The notes under the pieces are model-generated. The model saw only the letters and a program-made list of their open reading frames with translations, was not told the DNA's origin and searched no databases. A stretch of 63,017 nucleotides of DNA, filler included, from Octopus bimaculoides (taxonomy: Eukaryota), in NCBI RefSeq assembly GCF_001194135.2. It is 6 parts of 6 records of this genome, joined end to end, with 100 filler letters (N's around TTAATTAATTAA, not from the genome) between each part and the next. Parts side by side here need not be neighbours in the genome. Positions count along the whole stretch, not along the records: positions 47,769 to 51,222 come from NC_068991.1; positions 51,323 to 61,348 come from NC_068981.1; positions 61,449 to 63,017 come from NW_026323352.1; 3 more parts are not named here. One strand, given 5' to 3'. Positions 49,561-61,489 of this stretch are shown piece after piece (the stretch's first letter is position 1; each line of letters opens with the position of its first letter). Position numbers and translations under genes: made by a program.

Positions 49561-50304
49561 TGATAGGGAATGTAGGTTATTCGTGTAATGTGGATTAGGA
49601 GTTATTTGTCGTTTGAGATTGTTTTAAGTACTGGTAGGTAAGTGTTTCACGGCCAATCTATTATCTACTGCAACATACCCCAGTCTACCCCTAGAACCAC
49701 CCATTACTAAACCATCACCACCACCACCACCAACAAGACTACCACCATCACTATATAACCATCTCCTTCAGAACTACTCATCTGTTTGTAGATATTTTCA
49801 GAGATAAATTCCACCATTCATGTCCTAAAATAATCTTCCACAATGATGCTGTGTGTGTATGCGTGAGTTGGTGTGTTTATACACGTGCGATATGTATAGA
49901 TGCGGCATGCGCGGGTATTTCTCTTTATGCGTGTGTGTGTGTGTGTCTGAGTGTGTGCTTACATGAATGGATAATTATACGTGAGCATATAACTTGTGTG
50001 TGCATTTGTGCATGTGTGTATGTACACGTGTGAGACCGTTTATATGAACGTGTGGTCAATGCTTTTTTGTGTGAAAGTGTGTGTATTTGTGTAGATGTGT
50101 GCGCCAGTGCTGCTTTTATGGCAGTGATTTTCAAGTAATTCGCATAATTAAAACAAAAAGGCAGACGAGTAAAGGGGAAATACTCAAATGGACTAACGGC
50201 ACGTATTCATTTATTTATTTTCAAGAGAAATGACTTTGTAAATGTTACGGTGGTCGTGCAAGGGAGATGGTGGTTGGGGTAATGACGAGAGAGAGAGAAA
50301 GAAA

Positions 50305-50353
<49 letters not shown>
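50305..50353. repeat. (AGT)n microsatellite
   Basis: Directly visible. Confidence 0.97.
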
Positions 50354-50929
50354 NNNNNNNNNNNNNNNNNNNNNNNNNNNNNNNNNNNNNNNNNNNNNNN
50401 NNNNNNNNNNNNNNNNNNNNNNNNNNGTGACGTTGGGGGGCGGAGGTTTACGAAGTGAATATCGACAATAAAAAGGATAGAGATAAAAAAAATGAGAGGG
50501 AGGGGGAATGGGGTGAGAGACAAACCTTGTTTCAGAGCAAAAGCGATAAACATCAAATCATCAAAATGGCGGCGGGAATTGGATAAATGAGGTGGAGGGA
50601 AGAGGAGAGGCGTGAGCGCCATGGTATTATAGTGATTGGGTGGGGTGTGAGAGATGAGTTGGTGGGAGTGGAGTGGAGAAGATGGAGTGATAGAAACGAA
50701 TAAAGAAAGATAACTGGTGTTTGAAGATCGGTAGACGTGATAACTACCTATACATACATACATACATACACACCCATATACCTTTCTGCCCATATAGCCA
50801 TACACCTATCCATGTATTGACGTACATACACATGTACCTATATAGCTACCAACACGATACATACATACATACATACATACATACATACATACATACATAC
50901 ACACCCTAACCACTAAGTCATGAACCTGT

Positions 50930-51110
50930 GAAGGCGTATGGCTTAGTGGTTAGGAGGTCACACGATTGCAAGATCGTAGTTTCGATTCCCAGATCTGGTG
51001 TTGCGTGGTGTTCTTGAGCAAAACACTTCATTTCCCATTGCTCTGAAATCATTTCATCATCTGACTGGAGGCACGTCGTGCACCTGTACAGATAATGTCG
51101 CGATTTGATA
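50930..51110 (+). mobile_element. tRNA-derived SINE (head shared with 58831)
   Basis: aaggcgtatggcttagtggttagg ... gtttcgattcc ... gtgttcttgagcaaaacacttcatttc. Confidence 0.75.
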
Positions 51111-51404
51111 GAGGGAATGAGTTTATATGAACACAGACATCTGATTACTATAAGCTAATCATCTTGCAAGAAATTGCAAGACCCTCATACGTTGCCACAC
51201 GACTGGAGAGACCTTGTTATATNNNNNNNNNNNNNNNNNNNNNNNNNNNNNNNNNNNNNNNNNNNNTTAATTAATTAANNNNNNNNNNNNNNNNNNNNNN
51301 NNNNNNNNNNNNNNNNNNNNNNATATATATATATATATATATATATAGATAGATAGATAGATAGATATTATTACTCTGTATTTTATTATAGTTCTTTTTC
51401 CTTT

Positions 51405-51460
51405 TTTTTTTATAGTTCCAGCTTAGAGCTGCGGCCATGCTGATGCACCACCGTTTTAGT
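51405..51460 (-). mobile_element. SINE family A-like 3' tail fragment
   Basis: cttagagctgcggccatgctgatgcaccaccg. Confidence 0.45.
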
Positions 51461-53134
51461 GTATTTACTTATTAAATTTTTCTATATGTGACTGGATTTT
51501 CATGGATGAGTTCATGAACTTTGGTTCTTTTCTCTAAATTATATATCTATATATTATATACTGTGAAACTTAATTTAATTTTAATTTTTTACCTGTAAAT
51601 TTGGATTTTTATCCCTAATATTATTATATATACATATCTGTATGTATGTATATGTGTGTGTGTGTGTCTGTGTCTATGTATATATTTGAGTTTTGTCATC
51701 TCAATCTATATAATAACTTTGAAAATTGATTATTAGTGGACCAATTCTGAATTGCTTCCTTTTAGTGCATATTCTTGTAGTTACTGTTAAATTTATCATT
51801 ATACTAGGATTTAATATTAATTTACATATCACAAATAAGATGTCTTCATTATACTAAATGAATGGGTGTATAAATACACTTATTTCATTTATTAATTAAT
51901 TGATGACAATTATAGTAATAATAATGATAAAAGTAAATAGTTTCATTTGACTTACTAAATAAATTTAATAACAAAATAATAATTATCATAGTATTGTATA
52001 GTTTATAAATTGTATTCTTATTACAACAATGTTGTTTGATACTTCTGAAAGTATTGATAGAGTTTGGATATGCACTATGTATGGTCCCTCATTTTGTAAA
52101 TAATAATATTGATTAGTTCATTGAGAACAGTCCTTATTACTTGTTTGGTTTATATTAATGATTTCTATTGATTCACTAAATTCTCCCTTCCATAATATAT
52201 GAATAACAATCATTATTTAAGTAACTTCAAATCTGGTTACCCCCCCCCCTCCAAGTTAGTAAATGTTATTTCCATTACTATAGCCTAAATATATATCTAT
52301 GGGGTACTTTGGTTATTGCATTTACAGCCTTAAGTCTATATTAAAGTTTATTACGGAATTCTCCCTATGATAAATTAAGTAAACAAGGAAAATTTTTATC
52401 ATGTTTCTATTCATATTTACTGCAGAATTATCCCTCCAAGAAAACAATAAATATAGAAGATTATTATCAGTTAATTTAAACAATAATTCTTTTTATATCA
52501 ATTAATTTAAATAAATAGAAGAGTTGTTGTATTGAAGGTGTTAATTGTTTATATACTTTTTGTTGCAGTTATACATAGGGAAAGACTTAGATAATTATAT
52601 ACATATACATACACACCTATCTTATTGCTGTATGTGGTGGTGATGAGGGACTATCTTGGACATGAAAGGGTCTCAATTGGTGTGTGTCTGAGATGTAATG
52701 AAGTGGATTTCAATGATTGTGGATTGCACTTACTTGGTCGTATCGTCTGTTTTTGTTGTTTCTAATTGTAATTGATGTATGATTGAATAGTCAACACTCA
52801 CACTCATAATACATAGACATTTAAATTAATTTTTACAATCCAGCTGTCCTTTCACATAGAATTTCGTCTATTTTTAAACCATGACTCTGAAGTGACATAT
52901 ATAAGAGAACTGTTATGGTGTATGTACATCAGAAAATGAATATAAGTTGAAACAATTTGTTGGCCTTTTATGATTTTTAAAAAAAATAATTGTTTATGTT
53001 ATATAATATTATCTTATATTATATTCACAGTATATCATGTAATATTATAATATAAATAAATTATTTGATTGTTAATAGTATCTCTCTATTTAATTTATCT
53101 TTGTAATTACATATATATATATGGACAGGAAGTT

Positions 53135-53625
53135 CGAATGAAGAGCCAACACGATATTTAGCATTAAACTTGGGAAGTCTGCTACAGAGACATTGAGCAT
53201 GCTTTGGCAAGCTTATGGCGATGAGACAATGGGTTGCGCGCAATATTTTGAATGGTACAGGTGCTTCTAGAGCAGAAGAATGTCTATGGAAGACGATGAG
53301 CAATCTGGATGATCTGCTCCAGAAATGTGGAGAAAATTCATGATCTTGTGCATGAAGATCATCGGAGGACAATCAATGGCATTGCTGATGTTGTTGGTCT
53401 GTTGTCTGGTCTGTGTAGGCAATCTTAACGTCTGAGTTGAACATCCGGTGTGTCTCTGCCAATTTTTCCACCCCTGCTTGCTGACCACTGAGTAGAAATA
53501 ACATCATCGAAGTCTGTGATGCTGATGACCCATCCTTCATGTCGAGGATCATCACAGGTGACAAGAGTTGGGCCTACGGGCATGACCCTGAGACAAAGCA
53601 GCAGTTGTCAAAATGGATGAGAAAA
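53135..53625 (+). pseudogene. Mariner transposase fragment
   Basis: KLGKSATETLSML-QAYGDE ... FEWYRCF ... SMEDDEQSG ... DHRRTI--IAD-VG ... RIITGDKSWAYGHDPETKQQ, the first catalytic D motif (TGDExW). Confidence 0.88.
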
Positions 53626-54054
53626 AATTATGGCTGTCTTCATTACATTTAACTTTGTTCTGGTTGCATTGCACATAGGAAACTCAGTGAAGATCCGCAT
53701 TGGGCTAATGGCTTCCATTTCCAATGAAAATGTATTAAAGTAGTTTATCACAAGAGATATATCTTTCGGATATATAAATGATATTTCGGTAGAGAAAAAA
53801 TGAAATCAAATCTCCCTTTCAGACTATTTCTTTGTGTGTGTGTGTGTCTGTGTGTATGTGAGAGAGAGAGAGGGGGGAGGGGCACCATGACACATAGCAA
53901 GCAATTTTTAACTCGTTTCTCTTATATCACATTAAATATTTCATTTTTTATAAAATATGTAATTGTATTTTACATTCATTAATTTCATGTTCCAGTAACA
54001 ATGTCAATATGTATGAAACTTACAACTACTGATATACATAAGTAAAGGCGCCAA

Positions 54055-54118
54055 TTTTGAAAAATGTGCTCCTGAGGGAGCGGTCGCACCCCTTGCTCCC
54101 CTATTAGCTATGCCACTG
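54055..54118. mobile_element. Possible right end of a non-autonomous DNA transposon
   Basis: gcaccccttgctcccctattagctatgccactg resembles common ...gctacgccactg termini. No partner end found. Confidence 0.3.
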
Positions 54119-54955
54119 ATATAATATGTGCGTGCATGCGTATGTGTGTGTGTATTAGATGGACAAAATGCCACTAAGCGTTTTGCTCGGCATGCAAGTG
54201 TTTCTGCCAAACAAACATACACACATTAAAATTTATCATACGTATATTCCTGAAACCACCCTAACATCTTTTAAAAATAGGAAGGCTACTTTAGATGGTG
54301 ATAATGACATTAGAGTCATAATTAGATCAGAGTTGACTTTGAGCCAATCAACAATATGTTAATGAGTGATCATAAATGCAATCGGATGACTTGCTAGAAT
54401 TAACAGCCGAATCTCTTTTAAATGATATTCTACCAACTTATAAAGAACACTTACTGAAGTTATGAACCATTTGGCAACTCGGATGCATTATTCTAGATCT
54501 GATCATTGTCTGAAAGTACAAAAGCTAAAGCATTCACCTGATTACTGTTGGATCAGATTTGTGCTGCTCCTCTAATTTAGGTATAATTTTTATTACAAAT
54601 ATTCCTTTTAGAGTGTCACTTGGCATGTATTTCAGGATAATTTACTTTGCCTTTATAACCACTTCGAAATTATTGTTGTTACTTTCAGTCTAGATGCCTT
54701 GTAGCATACCTTGATTGAAGGCCGGCAGCCAACCATTTGCAATAAACTTTGCATATGTTTACACTTGTATTTTGAATACTGAAAATGATTGTCACACTGA
54801 ATTATACGATTTGATTTTTCTGCATTTATTTTCTGCCGCAATAATTTATTCGCTACAATATACAGACAGACAGATAGATATTGAGCATTACAAGGACAAT
54901 TAGAAAGTGTTCCAAGACATGTCTTTCTACAGTGAAATATAACAATAACAATCAC

Positions 54956-55007
<52 letters not shown>

Positions 55008-55499
55008 GTGAGAGAGAGAGAGAAAGAGTTTTTGAAGTGCTGTGTACAGATATTATATATTTAGAATAATAAGGTAGTCAAAATGTTGGATGATTACATA
55101 TATATTTTTATTTATTTACATCTTATTTACATCTTTAGCACTTTCTTCTATTATTGGATTTATCAAAAAATGGTTTAAATTTAGATTTCTTGGCCTTTTT
55201 ATATATATAAAGTATTTTCTGGGGTTTGCCAAGCAAGGGAGAAGAAAGAAGAAAAATTTTTTGTGAAGGAGGGGAAGATAAAGAGGTATGGCTTTTGTAT
55301 GGTCTGACTTGTTTGTTTAGTACTTAGTGGCCTTTTAAGGTGGGAAAGGAAAAAGAAGAGAAAGGAAAAAGAATTTTTGTATTTGAATTGGTCAAGGTTT
55401 TAATTGAAAAACCAGATGTTGTTTTTGACTTTTTTGTGTAAAAATTATAATTTCATTTTCAGGTCTTGCTCTTTTGTCTTCAATATACACCCACACAGC

Positions 55500-55534
<35 letters not shown>

Positions 55535-56168
55535 CACATATACCCATACACACATACACACACATACATGTGTGTGTGTGTGTGTGTAAAAAAAGTTTAA
55601 TTAGATTCGTCCTTTAATTTGGAGGTTTCCAAAAAAAGATTTCTAATATAGATTCTTCATATTTTGCTGGTAGCTTACTGGCGTAAAATTTTGAATATGA
55701 AAATAATACTTGTATATTATGTGTGGTGAGTTTATGGAAAGAAATCCCATAAAACTCAACAATTTTGATAAAAATGGAGAAGAGAAGGTGTTATATAAGA
55801 GAATTTTAATTCATGCAGATGATCATTTCATACAGCGATATAAAAATCATGCAAATTCATGGTTGAATAGAATTAATTAAATTAATTAGATAAAATTAAA
55901 TTAATTATATATCACTATACTCTTCAGTGGAAGAAGTATAAACAAAATTTTTACAAAGGACTTGAGAAAGGAAAAAGCAGAATAGGATCTAGGAGATTCA
56001 TATTTATCCTTATGAGAAGGAAAGATATGTGTAAGTCCAGATAGGTATTAACTACAAAGAAGGCTATAATGGTTATTTGAAATATAAGTGAGAGGGGTTT
56101 TAGAGACGTTCCCTCAACATATACATATATACAAGTATATACACACACATATACATACATGTATACAT

Positions 56169-56205
<37 letters not shown>

Positions 56206-56720
56206 CACAAACACACACACATATATATACACACACACACACCCAGAGACATCTATATATGTATATGTTCATATTTTAGTACACATGATTTTTTAAAAAT
56301 AATTAATTAATATAATTAAAGATTCATCTCTCTGATTAAATAAATTTGGAAAGTTTTGGTCATTTTAGCCATTACTTTTGATTTTTGTCTGAGTATTTGT
56401 CCTTCAGACTGCAAAAGGGTATTTTTTAAAAAAGCAATGCACAATGCTGTCACAATTATATTTCTAAATTCATCTCTTTCTGGTTGGCTGTTTTGTTTTG
56501 AATATATTTCAAAGCTCCAACCTAGAATTTTCTAAAAGAGAAAGAGAGCCAATTACAGAAGAGGGAAAGCAGCTGTTCTTAAAGAATTTTGGAATCTGGA
56601 GTGTTTTGCAAGGTCCAACAACAATGTGGTAAAAAGGTTTTAGCAATGGTTTGAGATCATCTTTAACATATATACAATCAAATTCATATAGGTAGAATTT
56701 CAAAAAAATATATAGTTATG

Positions 56721-57290
56721 TTAATTTTTGTTGAGGACTTCTTTTGCGAAGTATAGTTCCATTATCTTATCGAAATTTGAATTTCCTTCACATATTGCCA
56801 AATGTTTCCTTTTTTTCAAGCGTTTAATTTTGGTGTGAACTTCTTTATAAAGAGCTGTTCCGTTGTTTTTCAGAAGTTTAGGTTGTTCCTTGAGCATTTG
56901 TAGAAGAGGAAGATTTTGAATTTTCCTTCTCCACATATTTCCAAATGTTTGTTCCGTGGAATTTTTCTCTTGTCGGATGTGTTGTCTATGGATTCTTGTG
57001 CATTGGCAAAGGGAATTATTGGTTTCACCAATATAATTCTCCTTGCATTTGGGGTAAGTAATGCAGAATATGAGGTTTTGCATCTTGCAGTTCATATTTG
57101 CATTTACTTTGAATAAGAATCCACTCTTAAATTTTATGTGGGTGTCCCTGTCTGTATATTTGTAGTTATTGTAGTTGTTGCATATTCCACATCTGTCTCC
57201 ACATTCCTTTATAGTGAATTCTGTTTCATTCTCTGATGTGAATTTTGCTCTTGTAAGTTGTTTTTTAAGGTTTTTTCCTGGCGTTTACTA
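56721..57290 (-). pseudogene. Penelope-like (Neptune/Poseidon-type) linker and GIY-YIG fragment, frameshifted
   Basis: KRQ--LK--LTRAKF ... KECGDRCGIC ... NCKMQNLIFCITYPKCKENYIGETNNSL ... HRQHI: cysteine linker and NxIY..C..C..YIGET pattern. Confidence 0.8.
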
Positions 57291-57992
57291 TTTTACAGTT
57301 TACTATTTTACAGTTTTTTCATTTTTGGGTTCTGTAAGAGTAAATAAATAAAAAAATTATATATAATCATCTAACATTCTGACTACCTTATTATTCTTAA
57401 TACACACACACACACACACATATATACACACACATATATACATACACAACAACTGAATAAATAGAACAGTATTCAAGAGACAATCAATAGAATAAGTTTC
57501 ACTACATAATATATGAAATAGTAATCGTAATTATTGAGAAGAAAATAAATAGAACATTCCAAAGCTGATTGACATAGCTTCAAGTAGCACTTCTGTAAGG
57601 AAACATAGAAGATGCAGAGACGATCCCATGGAGCTGAGTGACATGGTTGTGTGTGGACTTTTGGATGGTTCTGCTTAGGATTCAGTTTGCCAACTTTTTA
57701 TAACTGTTGGTCTAGCTTCTATAATTTTCTGCAAAACTATTTGGCGGAAAGTCCACACACTTCCTTAGAAGTTTACTGTGTCAATTGTTACAAGTCAACC
57801 AGGTCTGCAACCTGACTGGGAAAGACTGAAATCCATCATTGATTATTTTATATCTGGCAATGTTAAACTGTTACAACAACTAAGTTTATTTCGTTTCTAC
57901 TCCAAATGGGTATCTCCTTTCATAGAACTAATTCAACCTCTGCTTATTTTCGGTGTCACTTTAGCATGCAGTCTACCAGTCTATTTATACTT

Positions 57993-58125
57993 TAGTGTGC
58001 AGTCTAACCATTACCCTCACCCCTAACCTAGCCCTAAACCTTAACCCTCATCCTAAACCCTAACCTTAGTTCTAACCTAGATCAGGTTAGTGTAGACTAC
58101 AGATACTGCAGTGGACTGCACACTA
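57993..58125. mobile_element. MITE-like unit with 12-bp inverted ends enclosing degenerate (CCCTAA)n
   Basis: tagtgtgcagtc (57993-58004) and gactgcacacta (58114-58125); interior accctcacccctaacctagccctaaaccttaaccctcatcctaaaccctaacc. Confidence 0.55.
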
Positions 58126-58499
58126 TTTCCTATATTTTCATTGGAAAAACAACATCTAGATGTTATTAATCTGCTTAAAAGTTCAATAGTTGGTCAATGT
58201 ATTTCTTTCACACCTGTATCATCTGAAGTTTCTCTGCATATTGAGACTAATACTTCTCGAACTACAATTTTGGATGATTTTTTTTTTGTTTATCCACTGA
58301 GTAATTAATTTGTCACTCTTTTCTTCAGAACTGTTCATTGCCTGAACAAAATTTTTCATTAATTAAAAAGACCACTATGGCTACCATAGAAAGTGTTAGG
58401 AGAATGGCGAGCATTTTACTTCAAAGCCATTTTCTATTACACACTGACTAAAAAGCGATCTCATTCATATGTAACCAGAATATATTCATATATATAAAA

Positions 58500-58500
58500 G

Positions 58501-58547
<47 letters not shown>

Positions 58548-58549
58548 TT

Positions 58550-58580
<31 letters not shown>
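58500..58580. repeat. (TATC)n(GA)n compound microsatellite
   Basis: Directly visible. Confidence 0.95.
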
Positions 58581-58583
<3 letters not shown>

Positions 58584-58830
58584 GACAAATAACAAAAACA
58601 AATATTGATAAGAGTCTTTGTTGGCACATTTAATGATCGTTCTACTATTGTAGCATCCAATATATGCCTATCAAAATAATAATACAGCTATTGATGCTCC
58701 TCACTAACTGGTTTAGAATGATGGATTTTCAAAAGCTTTCATGTCACCCTAAAGTGATGTGATGGCATTGTATCCTTTCTTTGGATGGTGTTAAAATAAT
58801 AATAAAAACTTGTGGCATTTGCATGTTTGG

Positions 58831-59091
58831 TGGAGGCGTGTGGTTTAGTGGTTAGGGTGTCAGCATCATGATCGTAAGATTGTGGTTTCTATTCCTGGAC
58901 CGGGCGACGCGTTGTGTTCTTGAGCAAAACACTTCATTTCACGTTGCTTCAGTCCACTCAGCTGGCAAAAATGAGTAACGCTGCGATGGACTGGTGTCCC
59001 GTCCAGCTGGGGAACACATACGCCATAGAAACCGGGAAACCGGGCCCATGAGCCTGGCTAGCCTTTAAAAGGGCGCATTTATTTTTTTTTT
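58831..59091 (+). mobile_element. Full-length tRNA-derived SINE with perfect 14-bp TSD
   Basis: A box tggtttagtgg, B box ggtttctattcc, T-rich tail. atttgcatgtttgg is repeated at 58817-58830 and 59092-59105. Confidence 0.92.
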
Positions 59092-59579
59092 ATTTGCATG
59101 TTTGGAATTCTATTTATGATTCTGCCGTCTTCCTTATGCCAAATATAAGCTCACACAACCATGTATGTAAACATTTCAATAGCGACTACAACAGTCAATT
59201 ACCATTGTCTAACTCATGCTGTTACTTGTTTCTGATTAAAGATGAATACTCAATGTTTCTCTTTGCATTTGTGCGTTCAGATATGATATTCCCTATAATA
59301 ATTCAGTATCTTCAAAATATATTCTTTATATTTGATGTTCCAGTTTCAATCCGCTCCAGATTTATACCTTGATATGCTTGTATCTTTTTGGTGAGCAATA
59401 TTGTTCAAATTAAGGCTATTCAGTATCATCCTACTGGGAACTAACAAGTGAAATGTTTAAATGGAACTCTATTGCTCTCTGTTCAAGAAAGTGCTAGGAA
59501 ACCATAGAATATCTTAGGGAAGTTGATCTAGGTGATTTGTTTCTCCTTTACATTGCGATTAACTTGATATATAATCCTT

Positions 59580-59785
59580 TCTACTATAGGCTCAAGCTTA
59601 AAATTTTGGGAGAGGAGGGTAGTCGATTATATCAACCCTCAGTGCTCAACTAGTACTTATTCTATTGACCCTGAAAGGATGAAAGGAAAAGATGATCTCG
59701 GCGGCATTTGAACTCAGAACATAATATCAAATGAAATGCCACAAATCATTTTGTCCAGAATGTTAATGATTCTACCAGTTTTTCG
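59580..59785 (-). mobile_element. SINE family B
   Basis: tgaccctgaaaggatgaaagg ... ctcggcggcatttgaactcagaac. Confidence 0.8.
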
Positions 59786-60243
59786 TCTACTAACTTGATA
59801 CATAATGAAAGACTTTTAGCATTGTTAAATATCTTTTAGTATTGCTAAATGTTAATTTTACTGTCTTTACCTGAACAACTCTCTAAACCTAGAGAAATTT
59901 TACTTACATGGTTTAATCCTAGCAATAGAGTTGAACAGCAGATCAATCATATTAAACTGATTGAGGCTGCTCATCACTAGGCTTGGATCAAATACCCTGA
60001 TGGTCGAATTGATACTGTTCCAACTAAATATACAGGGTGTCCATAAATTATTTTTACACCTCGTACAATTTATTGTGTCCAAGTAAGTTTATCTTAATCT
60101 TTTTGATGTGACTCTACTTTATACTGTCTTTTCTCCCTCTCATTTTCTCTCTCATCCTTTCTCTAATCCCCTTTTTTTCTCCCATTGTTGTTTACTATTG
60201 GTCATGTCCTGTACTCATATATGCATATGTATATATATGTATG

Positions 60244-60276
<33 letters not shown>

Positions 60277-60652
60277 NNNNNNNNNNNNNNNNNNNNNNNN
60301 NNNNNNNNNNNNNNNNNNNNNNNNNNNNNNNNNNNNNNNNNNNNNNNNNNNNNNNNNNNNNNNNNNNNNNNNNNNNNNNNNNNNNNNNNNNNNNNNNNNN
60401 NNNNNNNNNNNNNNNNNNNNNNNNNNNNNNNNNNNNNNNNNNNNNNNNNNNNNNNNNNNNNNNNNNNNNNNNNNNNNNNNNNNNNNNNNNNNNNNNNNNN
60501 NNNNNNNNNNNNNNNNNNNNNNNNNNNNNNNNNNNNNNNNNNNNNNNNNNNNNNNNNNNNNNNNNNNNNNNNNNNNNNNNNNNNNNNNNNNNNNNNNNNN
60601 NNNNNNNNNNNNNNNNNNNNNNNNNNNNNNNNNNNNNNNNNNNNNNNNNNNN

Positions 60653-61335
60653 ATATGGCAAGTGAAATCGGAATCGAACTAAATTTGTAGGAACACTAAA
60701 CTCGGCTTGCGAAGACCTGTTGGGCGAAGCGAAATCGAGATGGCACCTGTACCAGTGTGGCACGTAAATAGCACCAGCATAATCGTTACCAACGTCGCCT
60801 TCTTAGCACTTGTGCCAGTGGCACGTGAAAACACATTCAAGCAAGATCGTTCATCGACTTCCTGGCACTTGTGCCAGTGCAACGTGAAAAGACATCCGAG
60901 CAAGATCGTTGCAAGTGCAGATGGGCTGGCCCCTATGCAGATGACTCATAAAATACACCATTTCGAGTGTGGACGTTGATTGTTACCAACGTCGCCTCCC
61001 TGGCACTTGTGCCAGTGGCACGTGAAAAGACATTCGAGCGAGATTGTTGCCAGTACTGATGGACTGGCTCCTGTGCAGGTGGCACGTAAAATACACCATT
61101 TCGAGCGTGGCCGTCGCCAGTACCACCTGACTGGCCCTTGTGCTGGTCGCACATAAAACACCCTCTACACTCTCGGAGTGGTTGGCATTAGGAAGGGCTT
61201 CCAGCTGTAGAAACTCTGCCAAATTAGATTGGAGCCTGGTGTAGCCATCCGGTTGCACCAGTCCTCAGTCAAATCGTCCAACCCATGCTAGCATGGAAAG
61301 CGGACGTTAAACGATGATGATGATGATGATGATGC
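60653..61335 (+). mobile_element. Family C long 3' region (RTE-type 3' UTR) with subrepeat array and (GAT)n tail
   Basis: Repeated gtgccagtggcacgt-aaa units, then ctacactctcggagtggttggcattaggaagg ... gcggacgttaaacgatgatgatgat. The link to RTE is inferred. Confidence 0.75.
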
Positions 61336-61489
61336 ATATGTATATATANNNNNNNNNNNNNNNNNNNNNNNNNNNNNNNNNNNNNNNNNNNNTTAATTAA
61401 TTAANNNNNNNNNNNNNNNNNNNNNNNNNNNNNNNNNNNNNNNNNNNNACAAATATACCTTGATGTATGTACATTTCGAGCATGTAGAA

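Noticed and set aside
51480-51530. gatgagttcatgaactttgg as a decayed hammerhead
   Set aside because: GAAA and stem I are missing.
56560-56610. gaacagctgc downstream of the Neptune-like GIY-YIG as a remnant of the 8.3-kb hammerhead
   Set aside because: Only the palindrome resembles it; no core or stem II.
58831-58900. Bona fide tRNA gene
   Set aside because: A/B boxes are present but there is no cloverleaf, and the TSD and tail identify a SINE. The same applies to the other SINE heads.
60030-60045. tacagggtgtcc as a Tc1/mariner TIR
   Set aside because: No partner TIR or transposase sequence nearby.
200-60763. Long poly-I/L/N/Y/T/H-type and X-filled ORFs in the track
   Set aside because: They are translations of microsatellites or run through N gaps; no coding evidence.
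11138-61404. Five identical TTAATTAATTAA palindromes
   Set aside because: Each is centred in a 44N+12+44N block, an artificial all-frame-stop spacer marking scaffold joins. Adjacency and orientation across these joins are not guaranteed.
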